Shown here: one piece after another, positions 52,362 to 60,403 of the stretch
Position numbering within the stretch: the first letter of the stretch is position 1
Layout of the letters: each line of letters starts with the position of its first letter
Assembly (NCBI GenBank): GCA_043757405.1
Contig: JAYVPI010000016.1
Span: 143,623 to 207,622, forward strand
Direction of reading: 5' to 3'
DNA from: Alphaproteobacteria bacterium
Lineage (GTDB): Bacteria; Pseudomonadota; Alphaproteobacteria; Rickettsiales; 21-14-0-20-44-7
Length of the DNA: 64,000 nt
Translations under genes and position numbers: made by a program
Notes under the pieces: generated by a model
The model's input: the letters and a program-made list of their open reading frames with translations, nothing else
What the model was told of the DNA's origin: nothing
Databases searched by the model: none

Positions 52362-52778
52362 TCAAAAAGCCTGCCAGAGCATTGCGCCGAGGATGTGGGT
52401 GATTTTGTTATCGCCTAGGGGTAACAATATTTTGCGGAATTTTATGTCGGTGTTGTCGAAGTTGATGAAGGCGCCGTCATAGGTTAGAGGTTCGCTGGTG
52501 TTCATCACTTCGAGGAGTTTGTGGGTGAATTCCGGGCTTTCGGGATAGAGTATATCTTCGATAATTGCGGTGCTGTGCAGGTCTTTGGCATAAGCTTCAG
52601 CCAGTGAATCACCGAAATGGGTGTAGACGAATTTGCCGTTTGTGGCTTCGATCAGGAAGCAGCTCAGCCAGATTTGTTCGACATCATCGCCATTGATGGA
52701 ATCCGGCAGGGGGAATTTTTCGTCACCTTTTTGGTTCTGCCAATAGGCTTTGATAACTTCGATAGCGCGGTCGTTCAT
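52362..52778 (-). CDS. PAS-fold (PAS_5-like) small protein
   Basis: Trimmed to the ATG at 52778, which overlaps the folC stop (ATGA). VIKAYWQNQKGDEKFPLPDSINGDDVEQIWLSCFLIEA...FVYTHFGDSL fits the alphaproteobacterial stand-alone PAS family. Confidence 0.6.
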   Translation of the reverse strand: MNDRAIEVIKAYWQNQKGDEKFPLPDSINGDDVEQIWLSCFLIEATNGKFVYTHFGDSLAEAYAKDLHSTAIIEDILYPESPEFTHKLLEVMNTSEPLTYDGAFINFDNTDIKFRKILLPLGDNKITHILGAMLWQAF

Positions 52779-53953
52779 GAGTTGCTCTTCAATATGTGAC
52801 CAGCAAGATATAATGAACCGCATATAAAAATGCTAGCGGGCGATGATTGGTTCTTTAAAATATCTTTGATGGCGGATGCGGCGTCGGGCATGGCAATTCC
52901 GGCGGTGGCGGCAATATCGCTGGCTGCGTCAGGGATGGGGATGGTGTAAATGGCTTTGACGGCGGGTTTTAAGATGGTTAGGTAGGTTTTGATATCTTTG
53001 TTATTTAGCATGCCGACTATTAAATATACCGGCTTATCGAATTTTTTGATTTCAGCGGCGAGGGTTTCGGCGCCTGCGATATTGTGGGCGCCGTCCAGCC
53101 ATAACTCGTAGTTTTTGGGGAGGAGGTTTACCAGGTCGCCGCGCTTTAATTGCTGTAGTCTTGCGTTCCATTTAGCTTGGCTGAGGCCTCTGGTTATGGC
53201 GGATTTGCTTAATCCCAAGGTTCTGGCAGCGAAGATAGCGGCGGCGGCGTTGGTTTTTTGGTGGTCGCCTTTTAAGGAAAGTTTTGGGAGGTCATTGGGG
53301 ATTTCAGCAAAAGTGATTTTACCGGCGGCGGTGAGAATTTTTTTGACTTCATCGGTTTGTGAGGCGGAAATGCAGGGCACGCTGGCTCTGATTATTCCGG
53401 CTTTTTCATTGGCGATTTTTTCTATTGTATCGCCGAGGAATTCGGTATGGTCGATGGAAATGGGGGTAATGATGGTAAGGATTTTTTCGGTGACGTTGGT
53501 AGCATCATAACGGCCGCCCATGCCGGTTTCGAGGAGAGTGAAAGCGGCGGGGAATTTGGCGAAGGCGATGAAGGCGGCTATGGTGGTTAGCTCGAAAAAT
53601 GTCAGTTCGATTTGGTGTTTGGTGTGTTCAAGGTCTAGGTATTGGAGGATTTTGAGCAGGGATTCATCGTCGATATCTTTGCCGTTTATGGCGATACGTT
53701 CGTTGAAACGGACTAAATGTGGTGAAGTATAGACATGGCAAGATTGGCCGTCAGCTTCGATTATCGCTTTGAGAAACGCAATTGTGGAGCCTTTGCCGTT
53801 GGTACCGGCGAAGTGGATTACGGGTGGGATTTTTAAATGCGGGTTGCCGATTTTTCCCAGGAATTCGCGCAGGCGGTCTAATGATAAATCGATCTTGCCC
53901 TGCTTCTGCCCGAATTTGTCGAGCAGGGCGTTGATTTTGGCAGCAGTGGTCAT
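52775..53953 (-). CDS. folC: Bifunctional folylpolyglutamate synthase / dihydrofolate synthase
   Basis: The P-loop FAGTNGKGST and the motifs TSPHLVRFNERI, LETGMGGRYDATN and DGAHN are present. Confidence 0.9.
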   Translation of the reverse strand: MTTAAKINALLDKFGQKQGKIDLSLDRLREFLGKIGNPHLKIPPVIHFAGTNGKGSTIAFLKAIIEADGQSCHVYTSPHLVRFNERIAINGKDIDDESLLKILQYLDLEHTKHQIELTFFELTTIAAFIAFAKFPAAFTLLETGMGGRYDATNVTEKILTIITPISIDHTEFLGDTIEKIANEKAGIIRASVPCISASQTDEVKKILTAAGKITFAEIPNDLPKLSLKGDHQKTNAAAAIFAARTLGLSKSAITRGLSQAKWNARLQQLKRGDLVNLLPKNYELWLDGAHNIAGAETLAAEIKKFDKPVYLIVGMLNNKDIKTYLTILKPAVKAIYTIPIPDAASDIAATAGIAMPDAASAIKDILKNQSSPASIFICGSLYLAGHILKSNS

Positions 53954-54447
53954 GATCTGATTATGATTTTAGTATGGGTATCGGCGTTGCTTAAAACTTC
54001 CAGCAGATCTGGCAATTTTAGCGCCACGCAACCCTCGGTGCCCTCATATCCAGGGCGGGCGACATGGAGGAAAATGGCGCTGCCTTTGCCTGGGGTGATG
54101 GGGGAATCATTATAGCCGATGATGACAATGACGTCATAAATATCGTCATCGCGCCAGAGTTTTTCGTGGCTGGCACTATAGGGGAGTTTGACCTTGCGGT
54201 TATAGTCGGGATCGGTGGGGGCGTCGCACCAGCCGTAATCGTGGTTGATTGGCTGTAATGGTAATTTGGTGCGCAGTTTGGGGATTTTATCGGCGCGGTA
54301 AAGGATTTCGCGCAAGGGGAAATTGCCGAGGGGAGTGCAGTTGTCGCCCTCGAGTTTGTTTCGGGCAAAACCTTTTTTGCCGATGGCGCAATCATAGGTT
54401 TTGCCGTTGAATTCCAGTTTATTGCCGGTGACGGTGATGTCGCTCAT
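53950..54447 (-). CDS. L,D-transpeptidase-fold (YkuD) protein
   Basis: The catalytic motif GSAIFLHVARPGYEGTEGCVAL (His...Cys) is present. Confidence 0.8.
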   Translation of the reverse strand: MSDITVTGNKLEFNGKTYDCAIGKKGFARNKLEGDNCTPLGNFPLREILYRADKIPKLRTKLPLQPINHDYGWCDAPTDPDYNRKVKLPYSASHEKLWRDDDIYDVIVIIGYNDSPITPGKGSAIFLHVARPGYEGTEGCVALKLPDLLEVLSNADTHTKIIIRS

Positions 54448-54806
54448 GCCCGGCTCCTGGCGACTACTTGTTTACGGGCTGCTTGGAGTTTGGCAAGGTG
54501 GGTGCTGCGGGATTTGCTCAAGCTCTTTTGGCGTTTGCGCAGTTTATCCATGGCTTTGCCGCCGGCTTGGATGGCTTTATCAACGCCCATTGATACTTTG
54601 ATACCGAGATCGTCATCTTCCATGCTCGCAACGCTGGTAAAACCGCCCTGGGAGAGGGTTTCGGCGGCTTTTTTCTTGTTTTTTAAATGCTTTTTGCGGG
54701 CTTCGATGATGATATGCGTGCGGCGGAAGAATTCTTCGCGCTGTTTCTTTTTCAGCCTTTTGCGTTTGCGGCGCTTTTTGGCTTTGTTGCTGGAAAAGAA
54801 GAGCAT
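54444..54806 (-). CDS. Hypothetical highly basic protein
   Basis: 120 aa, Lys/Arg-rich. It is tightly packed, with a 4-nt overlap to the downstream gene and direct contact with the upstream small ORF. No family recognised. Confidence 0.45.
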   Translation of the reverse strand: MLFFSSNKAKKRRKRKRLKKKQREEFFRRTHIIIEARKKHLKNKKKAAETLSQGGFTSVASMEDDDLGIKVSMGVDKAIQAGGKAMDKLRKRQKSLSKSRSTHLAKLQAARKQVVARSRA

Positions 54807-54929
54807 TTATTTTTTCTCATTCAAATTTGAACTTTTGCGCCTTTGCAAATTGGCTTTTAGCGCTTGCTCCAGCTTTTGGCGTTTTATTTCCTGCGCGGTT
54901 TTTTTAGCGACAACTGCATTTTCTGCCAT
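54807..54929 (-). CDS. Small basic conserved-looking ORF (40 aa)
   Basis: Below the track cutoff. Hand translation gives MAENAVVAKKTAQEIKRQKLEQALKANLQRRKSSNLNEKK. It fills the gap exactly, starting 2 nt after the apaG stop with its stop abutting the next ATG. The LxxALxxNLxRRK motif recalls a small alphaproteobacterial protein family known to me only as hypothetical. Confidence 0.45.
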   Translation of the reverse strand: MAENAVVAKKTAQEIKRQKLEQALKANLQRRKSSNLNEKK

Positions 54930-54931
54930 AT

Positions 54932-55324
54932 TTAGTGTACTACGACGTTGGAATATGGGGAGTCCAGCGAAAAGGCGGGGATGCCGGCTTCGAATGAATC
55001 GCCGTTTAGAAATTGCATTTGGTACTTGCCTTCCATGATTCCGGATTCTGTGCGCAGGTTGGTGCCGCTGGTATATTCATAGAATTCGCCGGGGCGGATG
55101 ACGGGTTGTTCGCCGATAACGCCGGGGCCGCGGACTTCCTGGATGTTGCCGAGATTGTCGGTGATGCGCCAATAGCGGCTGATGAGCTGGACAATTTCTG
55201 TGCCTTGGTTTTCGATGACGATGTGATAGGCCCAGACATATTGGTTTTGGGCGACGGAGGATTGCTCGTCGATATAAATGGGCGTGGCGGTGATTTTTAT
55301 GTCATGCGTAATTTTGGAATACAT
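54932..55324 (-). CDS. apaG: ApaG (DUF525) protein
   Basis: ITATPIYIDEQSSVAQNQYVWAYHIVIENQG...YWRITDNLGNIQEVRGPGVIGEQPVIRPGEFYEYTSG is the ApaG signature. Confidence 0.9.
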   Translation of the reverse strand: MYSKITHDIKITATPIYIDEQSSVAQNQYVWAYHIVIENQGTEIVQLISRYWRITDNLGNIQEVRGPGVIGEQPVIRPGEFYEYTSGTNLRTESGIMEGKYQMQFLNGDSFEAGIPAFSLDSPYSNVVVH

Positions 55325-55371
55325 ATTTGGAGAATATGTATTTCCGGTGGAAAATGCAATCTATAACTGGG

Positions 55372-55881
55372 TTATAATCCGAGAGAATAAGTCAGCATCA
55401 GATCTTCTTTGCCGGGATTTGGGCTGGTGATTCCGGCGCTGGACATATGCGTGAAGGCAACTCCGAGGCGGGAATTGACGTCTAAGCTGTAATCCAGTTG
55501 GATTGTATCGTGGAATTGAAACCAACCGCCCAAGTCTTTGCCAGCGCCGTGGCTATATACGCCAGCGGCGACATTTGGCACTAAGTGCCAGCGGTCATAG
55601 AAGTTCCAATCATATAATAAACCGGCATAGCCGTATAATGCACCTTGGGTGTCGGCTTCAAAGCCAACTAGGGGAGAAATGTTTTTTATTCCCCACAGAT
55701 TTTCAAATTGCTTGCCGCGCCATTCGATACGGCCTTCTGCTGCCTGCCAATTATTGTTATCGCTATTGCTGTCGCGCAAATTATCGACGCCGATGCCGAA
55801 CATCAGGTTGTTCTTGTCATAGCTTTGTGCGGGCGAGGCAAGGGTTGCTATTGCAAACGCGGCGATGATTAGTTTTTTCAT
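55372..55881 (-). CDS. Acyloxyacyl hydrolase / PagL-like outer-membrane lipid A deacylase
   Basis: A signal peptide and a small beta-barrel pattern are present. The C-terminal FTHMSSAGITSPNPGKEDLMLTYSL carries the His/Ser region typical of the PagL family. Confidence 0.65.
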   Translation of the reverse strand: MKKLIIAAFAIATLASPAQSYDKNNLMFGIGVDNLRDSNSDNNNWQAAEGRIEWRGKQFENLWGIKNISPLVGFEADTQGALYGYAGLLYDWNFYDRWHLVPNVAAGVYSHGAGKDLGGWFQFHDTIQLDYSLDVNSRLGVAFTHMSSAGITSPNPGKEDLMLTYSLGL

Positions 55882-56384
55882 GATTTTTTCCCTGGCTTAT
55901 TATTCGGATTGATTAATGGGTTGAAGCTGGTGAACATGTCCAAGGTTTTAGTGAACAATTCCTGCTGGCCGCCCCACATGGAGCGATAAATATCTTCTAC
56001 CGGTTTGAACGGGTTGGTGGCGTTGCCGCCGAGCATGGTTTTTTTCATCTCATCTTGTTTGTTGATGAAGGCTTGCATAACTGAATTTAAATATACCGGA
56101 ACGACATTTTTTAAGGAGTCGTCATAAAAAGCTATTATGTTTTTCAGGAATTCAGCCGGAAGGAGGTTTTCGCCTTTATTTTCCTGTTCAAAAATGATTT
56201 GGGCGAGAATGTTTTTGGTGATGTCTTCATTGCTTTTGGCGTCGCGGACGATGAAATCTTCACCCTTTTTGACCATGGTGCAGAGGTCGTCAAGCGTTAC
56301 ATAGCTTGAGATCTGGGTGTTATACAGCCGGCGATTGGCGTATTTACGGATTATTACGGGTTGTTTTTTATTATCAGACGTCAT
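55878..56384 (-). CDS. phaR: Polyhydroxyalkanoate synthesis repressor PhaR
   Basis: IIRKYANRRLYNTQISSYVTLDDLCTMVKKGEDFIVRDAKSNEDIT is the diagnostic PhaR N-terminus. Confidence 0.9.
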   Translation of the reverse strand: MTSDNKKQPVIIRKYANRRLYNTQISSYVTLDDLCTMVKKGEDFIVRDAKSNEDITKNILAQIIFEQENKGENLLPAEFLKNIIAFYDDSLKNVVPVYLNSVMQAFINKQDEMKKTMLGGNATNPFKPVEDIYRSMWGGQQELFTKTLDMFTSFNPLINPNNKPGKKS

Positions 56385-56396
56385 AAACTATTAAAG

Positions 56397-56714
56397 ATGA
56401 AAGACGACGAGCTGGACGCATTTGCCAACAAGTTCATCAATTTGTGGCAGGAAAATTTTCATAAAGCAATAGCTGATGGGAAAATTATCGAATATATGAT
56501 GCAGAGTGCAGCAAACATGCAGCAATTTTATGACAATAAAATCCACAATAAATCCTTGGCCACAGCCTTTCCCAATCCATTTGATGCTTGGAATGTGCAG
56601 CATGTTGGGGGCAACGTCGATGGCAGGATTGATAGCCTCGAGCGCAGAATCGCCGCTCTCGAAAAAAGAAACGGAAAAGCTGGCGCAAAAGATAAGCGAA
56701 GCAGCAAGAAATAA
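56397..56714 (+). CDS. Hypothetical coiled-coil protein between phaR and the phaC-like gene
   Basis: Trimmed to MKDDELDAFANKFINLWQENF...; the C-terminus is RIDSLERRIAALEKRNG. Its 3' end overlaps the phaC-like ORF by at least about 95 nt in another frame. Confidence 0.45.
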   Translation: MKDDELDAFANKFINLWQENFHKAIADGKIIEYMMQSAANMQQFYDNKIHNKSLATAFPNPFDAWNVQHVGGNVDGRIDSLERRIAALEKRNGKAGAKDKRSSKK

Positions 56715-57633
56715 ATTCCTCGGGTTTTTGGCAGGGGTTAATTCATATGCGATCGCGGAAATTCCGGTTTGGAAACCTGAGGCAAAAGTCATCTGGAGCG
56801 AGGGTAATACGCGCATTTTGGATTATGGCGGCCAGGATAATAAAAAATTGGGGAAGAAGATTTTGTTCATCTCACCGCTCATCAACCGCGCGAATATTTT
56901 GGATTTGCAGGGTAATAAGAGCTTGATGAAGTTTTTGAAAACGGCTGGGTATAATCCGTTATTGGTCGATTGGGGGAATCCTGGGGAGAGTGAGCAAGAG
57001 TTTGCTTCGGATGATTATATTGCGCGATTGGCAAAATTTGCCGGCATGCAAAAGGATTTGATTATTGGCGGCTATTGCATGGGTGGAATGCTGGCGTTGA
57101 AGTTGGCTAAGTTTTGTAAGCCCAAAGCGCTAATTTTGCTGGCGACGCCGTGGAATTTTCATGCGCCGGATGTTAAGCGTGTGGAGATGAAGGAGAAGGC
57201 GATGGAGAAGTTTTTGGATTCGCTGGAAATGGTGCCGCCGGAGTTTATCCAGAGTTTGTTCATTACGGCGGATCCGTGGCGGGTTTATGATAAATATTCT
57301 TGCCCGGATGGTAATGATGCGAGGCTGGAAGTGGAACATTGGGTGAATTCCGGCGTGGCGATGTCAGTGCCGATGGCGAAGGAATGCATTATTGGCTGGT
57401 CGATTAATAATACGCCAGGAAAGGGGCAGTGGCTGGATGTTTCGGATTTGGAGATGCCGGTTTATCTGGGCTGCCCGATGAATGATAAGATTGTGCCGAT
57501 TGGGTGTTCAATACCGTTGGCGGGATTGTTGGGAAACGCGCAGCTGGAGAAGTTTCCGGTGGGGCATATCGGCATGTTGACGAAAAGATTGTGCTTTAAA
57601 CCTTTGGCCGAATGGCTTAAAAGACTAACTTAA
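56620..57633 (+). CDS. Class III-like PHA synthase / alpha-beta hydrolase
   Basis: The lipase-box-like GGYCMGG with a catalytic Cys, VIWSEGNTRILDYG, LLVDWGNPG and C-terminal GHIGM are present. It is divergent from phaR. The start is uncertain: in-frame ATGs lie at 56506-56620 and I list the most downstream one. Confidence 0.7.
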   Translation: MAGLIASSAESPLSKKETEKLAQKISEAARNKFLGFLAGVNSYAIAEIPVWKPEAKVIWSEGNTRILDYGGQDNKKLGKKILFISPLINRANILDLQGNKSLMKFLKTAGYNPLLVDWGNPGESEQEFASDDYIARLAKFAGMQKDLIIGGYCMGGMLALKLAKFCKPKALILLATPWNFHAPDVKRVEMKEKAMEKFLDSLEMVPPEFIQSLFITADPWRVYDKYSCPDGNDARLEVEHWVNSGVAMSVPMAKECIIGWSINNTPGKGQWLDVSDLEMPVYLGCPMNDKIVPIGCSIPLAGLLGNAQLEKFPVGHIGMLTKRLCFKPLAEWLKRLT

Positions 57634-57637
57634 TTAA

Positions 57638-57667
57638 CCGTCATTGCGGGCTTGACCCGCAATGACA
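57638..57667 (+). terminator. Hairpin (single-arm CGTCAT-family unit) followed by a T-run, candidate intrinsic terminator
   Basis: The 11-bp stem of GTCATTGCGGG-CTTG-ACCCGCAATGAC is followed by AATATTTTTTATTT, 5 nt after the phaC-like stop. Confidence 0.5.
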
Positions 57668-57680
57668 ATATTTTTTATTT

Positions 57681-58286
57681 ATGAAAATAATAATATATTC
57701 GTTGCTGATTATACTTTTTAGCTGCCCGGTTTTTGCTGCCAGCGATGTAGAACTAACGCAAAAGGCGGAGAAATATTTGAATAGTTTGAGCACGTTCTCT
57801 GCAGATTTTACACAGGTTGATTCCGAAGGCGCAACTAGTGGCGGCAAGTTTTTATTGAAGCGGCCAGGGAAGTTCAAATGGGAATATGATGCGCGGCAGC
57901 CCATTTTGATTGTGTCGGATGGTTTGCAGCTGGTTTATTATGACAAGAAGTTGAAAGAAGCTAGCTATGTCAGCGCCGATAGCTCACTAGCGAGTTTTTT
58001 GGCGCGGAAGAATATCAGGCTTTCAGGCGATATTAACCTGGTGTCGATTATCGCAAAAGATATGACTATTCGGGCTAAAGTAGTGCAGAAAGGTAAGCCG
58101 GACCAGGGTTCGTTGGTGATGATTTTTAATAATACGGCGACTGGGATTTTGGGTTTGGAAGTTCAGGGTATAAATGGGTTTATCACTAAAATCACATTCA
58201 GTAACCAGCGTGCGGGTATGGAAATTGGGAATAAAGAATTTAATTTCCATGATCCGAAGAATTCCAAGAATGCCTGGGAAAAATAA
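57681..58286 (+). CDS. lolA: Outer-membrane lipoprotein carrier LolA-like
   Basis: A signal peptide is followed by YLNSLSTFSADFTQVDSEGATSGGKFLLKRPGKFKWEY...ILIVSDGLQLVYYD, the LolA pattern. Confidence 0.8.
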   Translation: MKIIIYSLLIILFSCPVFAASDVELTQKAEKYLNSLSTFSADFTQVDSEGATSGGKFLLKRPGKFKWEYDARQPILIVSDGLQLVYYDKKLKEASYVSADSSLASFLARKNIRLSGDINLVSIIAKDMTIRAKVVQKGKPDQGSLVMIFNNTATGILGLEVQGINGFITKITFSNQRAGMEIGNKEFNFHDPKNSKNAWEK

Positions 58287-58287
58287 T

Positions 58288-58379
58288 AATCGCGCTCAAG
58301 CGCCGCGCCAAGAAAGCTTTTCGGCCTCAATGGCCTTGCCTTCGCGCTTTGCGCTTGGATCCATAGCATCAGGCTTGAG
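58288..58379. repeat. Family 3 repeat, half element
   Basis: AATCGCGCTCAAGCGCCGCGCC...CCTCAATGGCCTTGCCTTCGCG...GGATCCATAGCATC aligns with the reverse complement of the right half of 6464-6655. Confidence 0.7.
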
Positions 58380-58408
58380 AATTGAAGGAAATAATGTAAA
58401 CAGTCTTT

Positions 58409-59383
58409 ATGGCAGTTGAGGAATTAAGCGCTTTGGTGGGTGAGGAGCTGGAACAAGTGAACCAGCGCATTATCGAAGCGGCGGCGAATCATGTGGAGTT
58501 GATTCCGACGGTGGCGAAACATGTGATTGCGGCGGGCGGGAAGAGGATTCGGCCGATATTTACTTTGGCGGCGGCGGAGTTGTGCGGGTATCGCGGCGGG
58601 CGGCATATCAATTTGGCGGCGGCGGTGGAGTTTATGCATACGGCGACTTTGTTGCATGATGATGTGGTTGATGAATCGCATCTGCGGCGCGGGCGGGATA
58701 CGGCGAATCATATTTGGGGGAATAAATCCAGTGTTCTGGTGGGGGATTATCTGCTGGGAAAAGCGTTCCAGATGATGGTGGCGGATGGATCACTACCGGT
58801 GTTGAAGATTCTCTCGGATGCGGCGGCGAAGATTGCGGAAGGGGAGGTGTTGCAGCTTTCAATTACTAATAATATCGAGACTACGCTGGCGCAATATATT
58901 GAAGTGGTGGAGGCGAAGACGGCGGCGTTGTTTGCGGCGGCTTGTGAAGTGGGCGGGGCTTTGCTCGAGGATGATGCGAAACGGGCGGCGCTGAAAAGTT
59001 TCGGGACGAATTTCGGGATTGCGTTTCAGATTATTGATGATGCGCTGGATTATTCTGCCGAGCCGGAGAAGTTCGGGAAAACTATTGGGGATGATTTTCG
59101 TGAAGGGAAGGTGACGTTGCCGGTGATATATGCTTATGCGAAAGGTGGCGCGGGCGATAAAGAGTTTTGGCGCAAGGTTTTGGCGGCTGGATATCAGGCG
59201 AATGAAGGTGAGTTGGCGGCGGCGCGGGAGAGAATTTTGAAAAGCGGGGCGCTTGATGCAACGGTCAAATTGGCCAGAAATCATGCGCGGATGGCGAGAT
59301 TATCCCTTGACATATTCCCCGATTCTGTAATAAGAAGCGCCCTAATTGCTGTTGTCGATTCCAGCATAGACCGTGAATTTTAA
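58409..59383 (+). CDS. ispB: Long-chain polyprenyl diphosphate synthase (octaprenyl-type)
   Basis: The motifs LLHDDVVDESHLRRG and QIIDDALDY are present, and the size of 324 aa is typical of IspB. Confidence 0.85.
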   Translation: MAVEELSALVGEELEQVNQRIIEAAANHVELIPTVAKHVIAAGGKRIRPIFTLAAAELCGYRGGRHINLAAAVEFMHTATLLHDDVVDESHLRRGRDTANHIWGNKSSVLVGDYLLGKAFQMMVADGSLPVLKILSDAAAKIAEGEVLQLSITNNIETTLAQYIEVVEAKTAALFAAACEVGGALLEDDAKRAALKSFGTNFGIAFQIIDDALDYSAEPEKFGKTIGDDFREGKVTLPVIYAYAKGGAGDKEFWRKVLAAGYQANEGELAAARERILKSGALDATVKLARNHARMARLSLDIFPDSVIRSALIAVVDSSIDREF

Positions 59384-59572
59384 AACCAGTGGTTGTACTG
59401 CATACAATTTACAAGGTATTTTATTAAAATTTTAGCAGCATTTGTGCAACATTTGAATAAAATTTGATGCAAATTGCAAGCATATAGTGTAATAATTCTT
59501 TTATCTGATATATTAAGAATGAGTTAATATTCACAACCGCAAGTTGAATCAAATACAGTAGAGGGTTTTTAC

Positions 59573-60328
59573 ATGGTGACTTTTAATCCGGCAATTACAG
59601 AAAGATTGAATGCTCTTGAGAGCGGTGTCCTCAACGGACATTATATATTTAGCCGCGATTTTGAAGATACGATGGTGCGCCGGTTTTCGCAGCCGGATAA
59701 GTTTGCGCATAATATTAGCTATGAATTCACCAATAATCCGGAGATGCTGCAGCAATATTATAATATCCGGGAATATGCCTATAAGGAAACATTGGGCTTA
59801 CAGCATTTTTCGGGGCAGGAAGATGAGTTTGATATACATAGCCATATTTTGATTGTTAAAGCCGGTGGTAATGTTGTTGGTGGGGCCAGATTGATAGTGT
59901 CTACGCCGCAAAATCCGCAAATGATTCCTTTGGAAGAAGACGGATTGGATGTGAAATCTAAATTTCCACAATTGGATTTCTCCCAAATAAACTATTGCGA
60001 AATGTCCCGACTGGCTCTGCTGCCTGAATTCAGGAATAAGGAAATTGCTGAGGAGATTCACCGCAAGTTTATCGATATATGTGCAAGAGACAATATAGAT
60101 GTCGGTTTTGCAAGGACTACTCCTCTTCAGCAAAGAAGGACAAAAACTATATTCAATAATCTTGGATATGAAATGATTGTCCGTAGAGATATAGACGTTA
60201 ATTATGGTGATTTGCCGATGTTGTTTTCATGCGTTGATTTTACTCCTAACCGGGAATATACGGTGTTATTGAAGCAAGTTATTAATTCAGAAATGGCTGA
60301 AATTGCAGAACATTTAGAATTTGCATAA
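59573..60328 (+). CDS. GNAT-fold N-acyltransferase, N-acyl amino acid synthase / OlsB / LuxI-like superfamily
   Basis: The pattern matches acyl-amino-acid synthases: YYNIREYAYKETLGL, DEFDIHSHILIVKAGGNVVGGARLIV, YCEMSRLALLPEFRNKEI. It looks AT-rich and is preceded by a 189-bp AT-rich leader. The subfamily is not resolvable by eye. Confidence 0.6.
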   Translation: MVTFNPAITERLNALESGVLNGHYIFSRDFEDTMVRRFSQPDKFAHNISYEFTNNPEMLQQYYNIREYAYKETLGLQHFSGQEDEFDIHSHILIVKAGGNVVGGARLIVSTPQNPQMIPLEEDGLDVKSKFPQLDFSQINYCEMSRLALLPEFRNKEIAEEIHRKFIDICARDNIDVGFARTTPLQQRRTKTIFNNLGYEMIVRRDIDVNYGDLPMLFSCVDFTPNREYTVLLKQVINSEMAEIAEHLEFA

Positions 60329-60403
60329 AATTTTAGCTAAATTAACTGTCGCTTAACCTCTTGATGCTAAAAATTAATCCATATATATCAATTTGGATTG
60401 GTT

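Noticed and set aside
54490-55038. A 182-aa + strand ORF spanning the basic-protein gene and the apaG 3' end.
   Set aside because: It is antisense to apaG, which has a clear signature, and to the tightly packed minus-strand operon. It is a hydrophobic, low-complexity mirror of Lys-rich codons.
3921-58379. Whether the many short palindromic repeats constitute a CRISPR array.
   Set aside because: The copies are dispersed over the whole window at irregular distances of kilobases and belong to several sequence families. They are not separated by uniform spacers, and no cas genes are present.
59445-59471. TGCAACATTTGAATAAAATTTGATGCA upstream of the GNAT gene, considered as a lux-box-like or FNR-like operator.
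   Set aside because: The symmetry is limited to about 7-nt outer arms with one mismatch in an AT-rich leader. It does not match the FNR (TTGAT-N4-ATCAA) or lux-box consensus.
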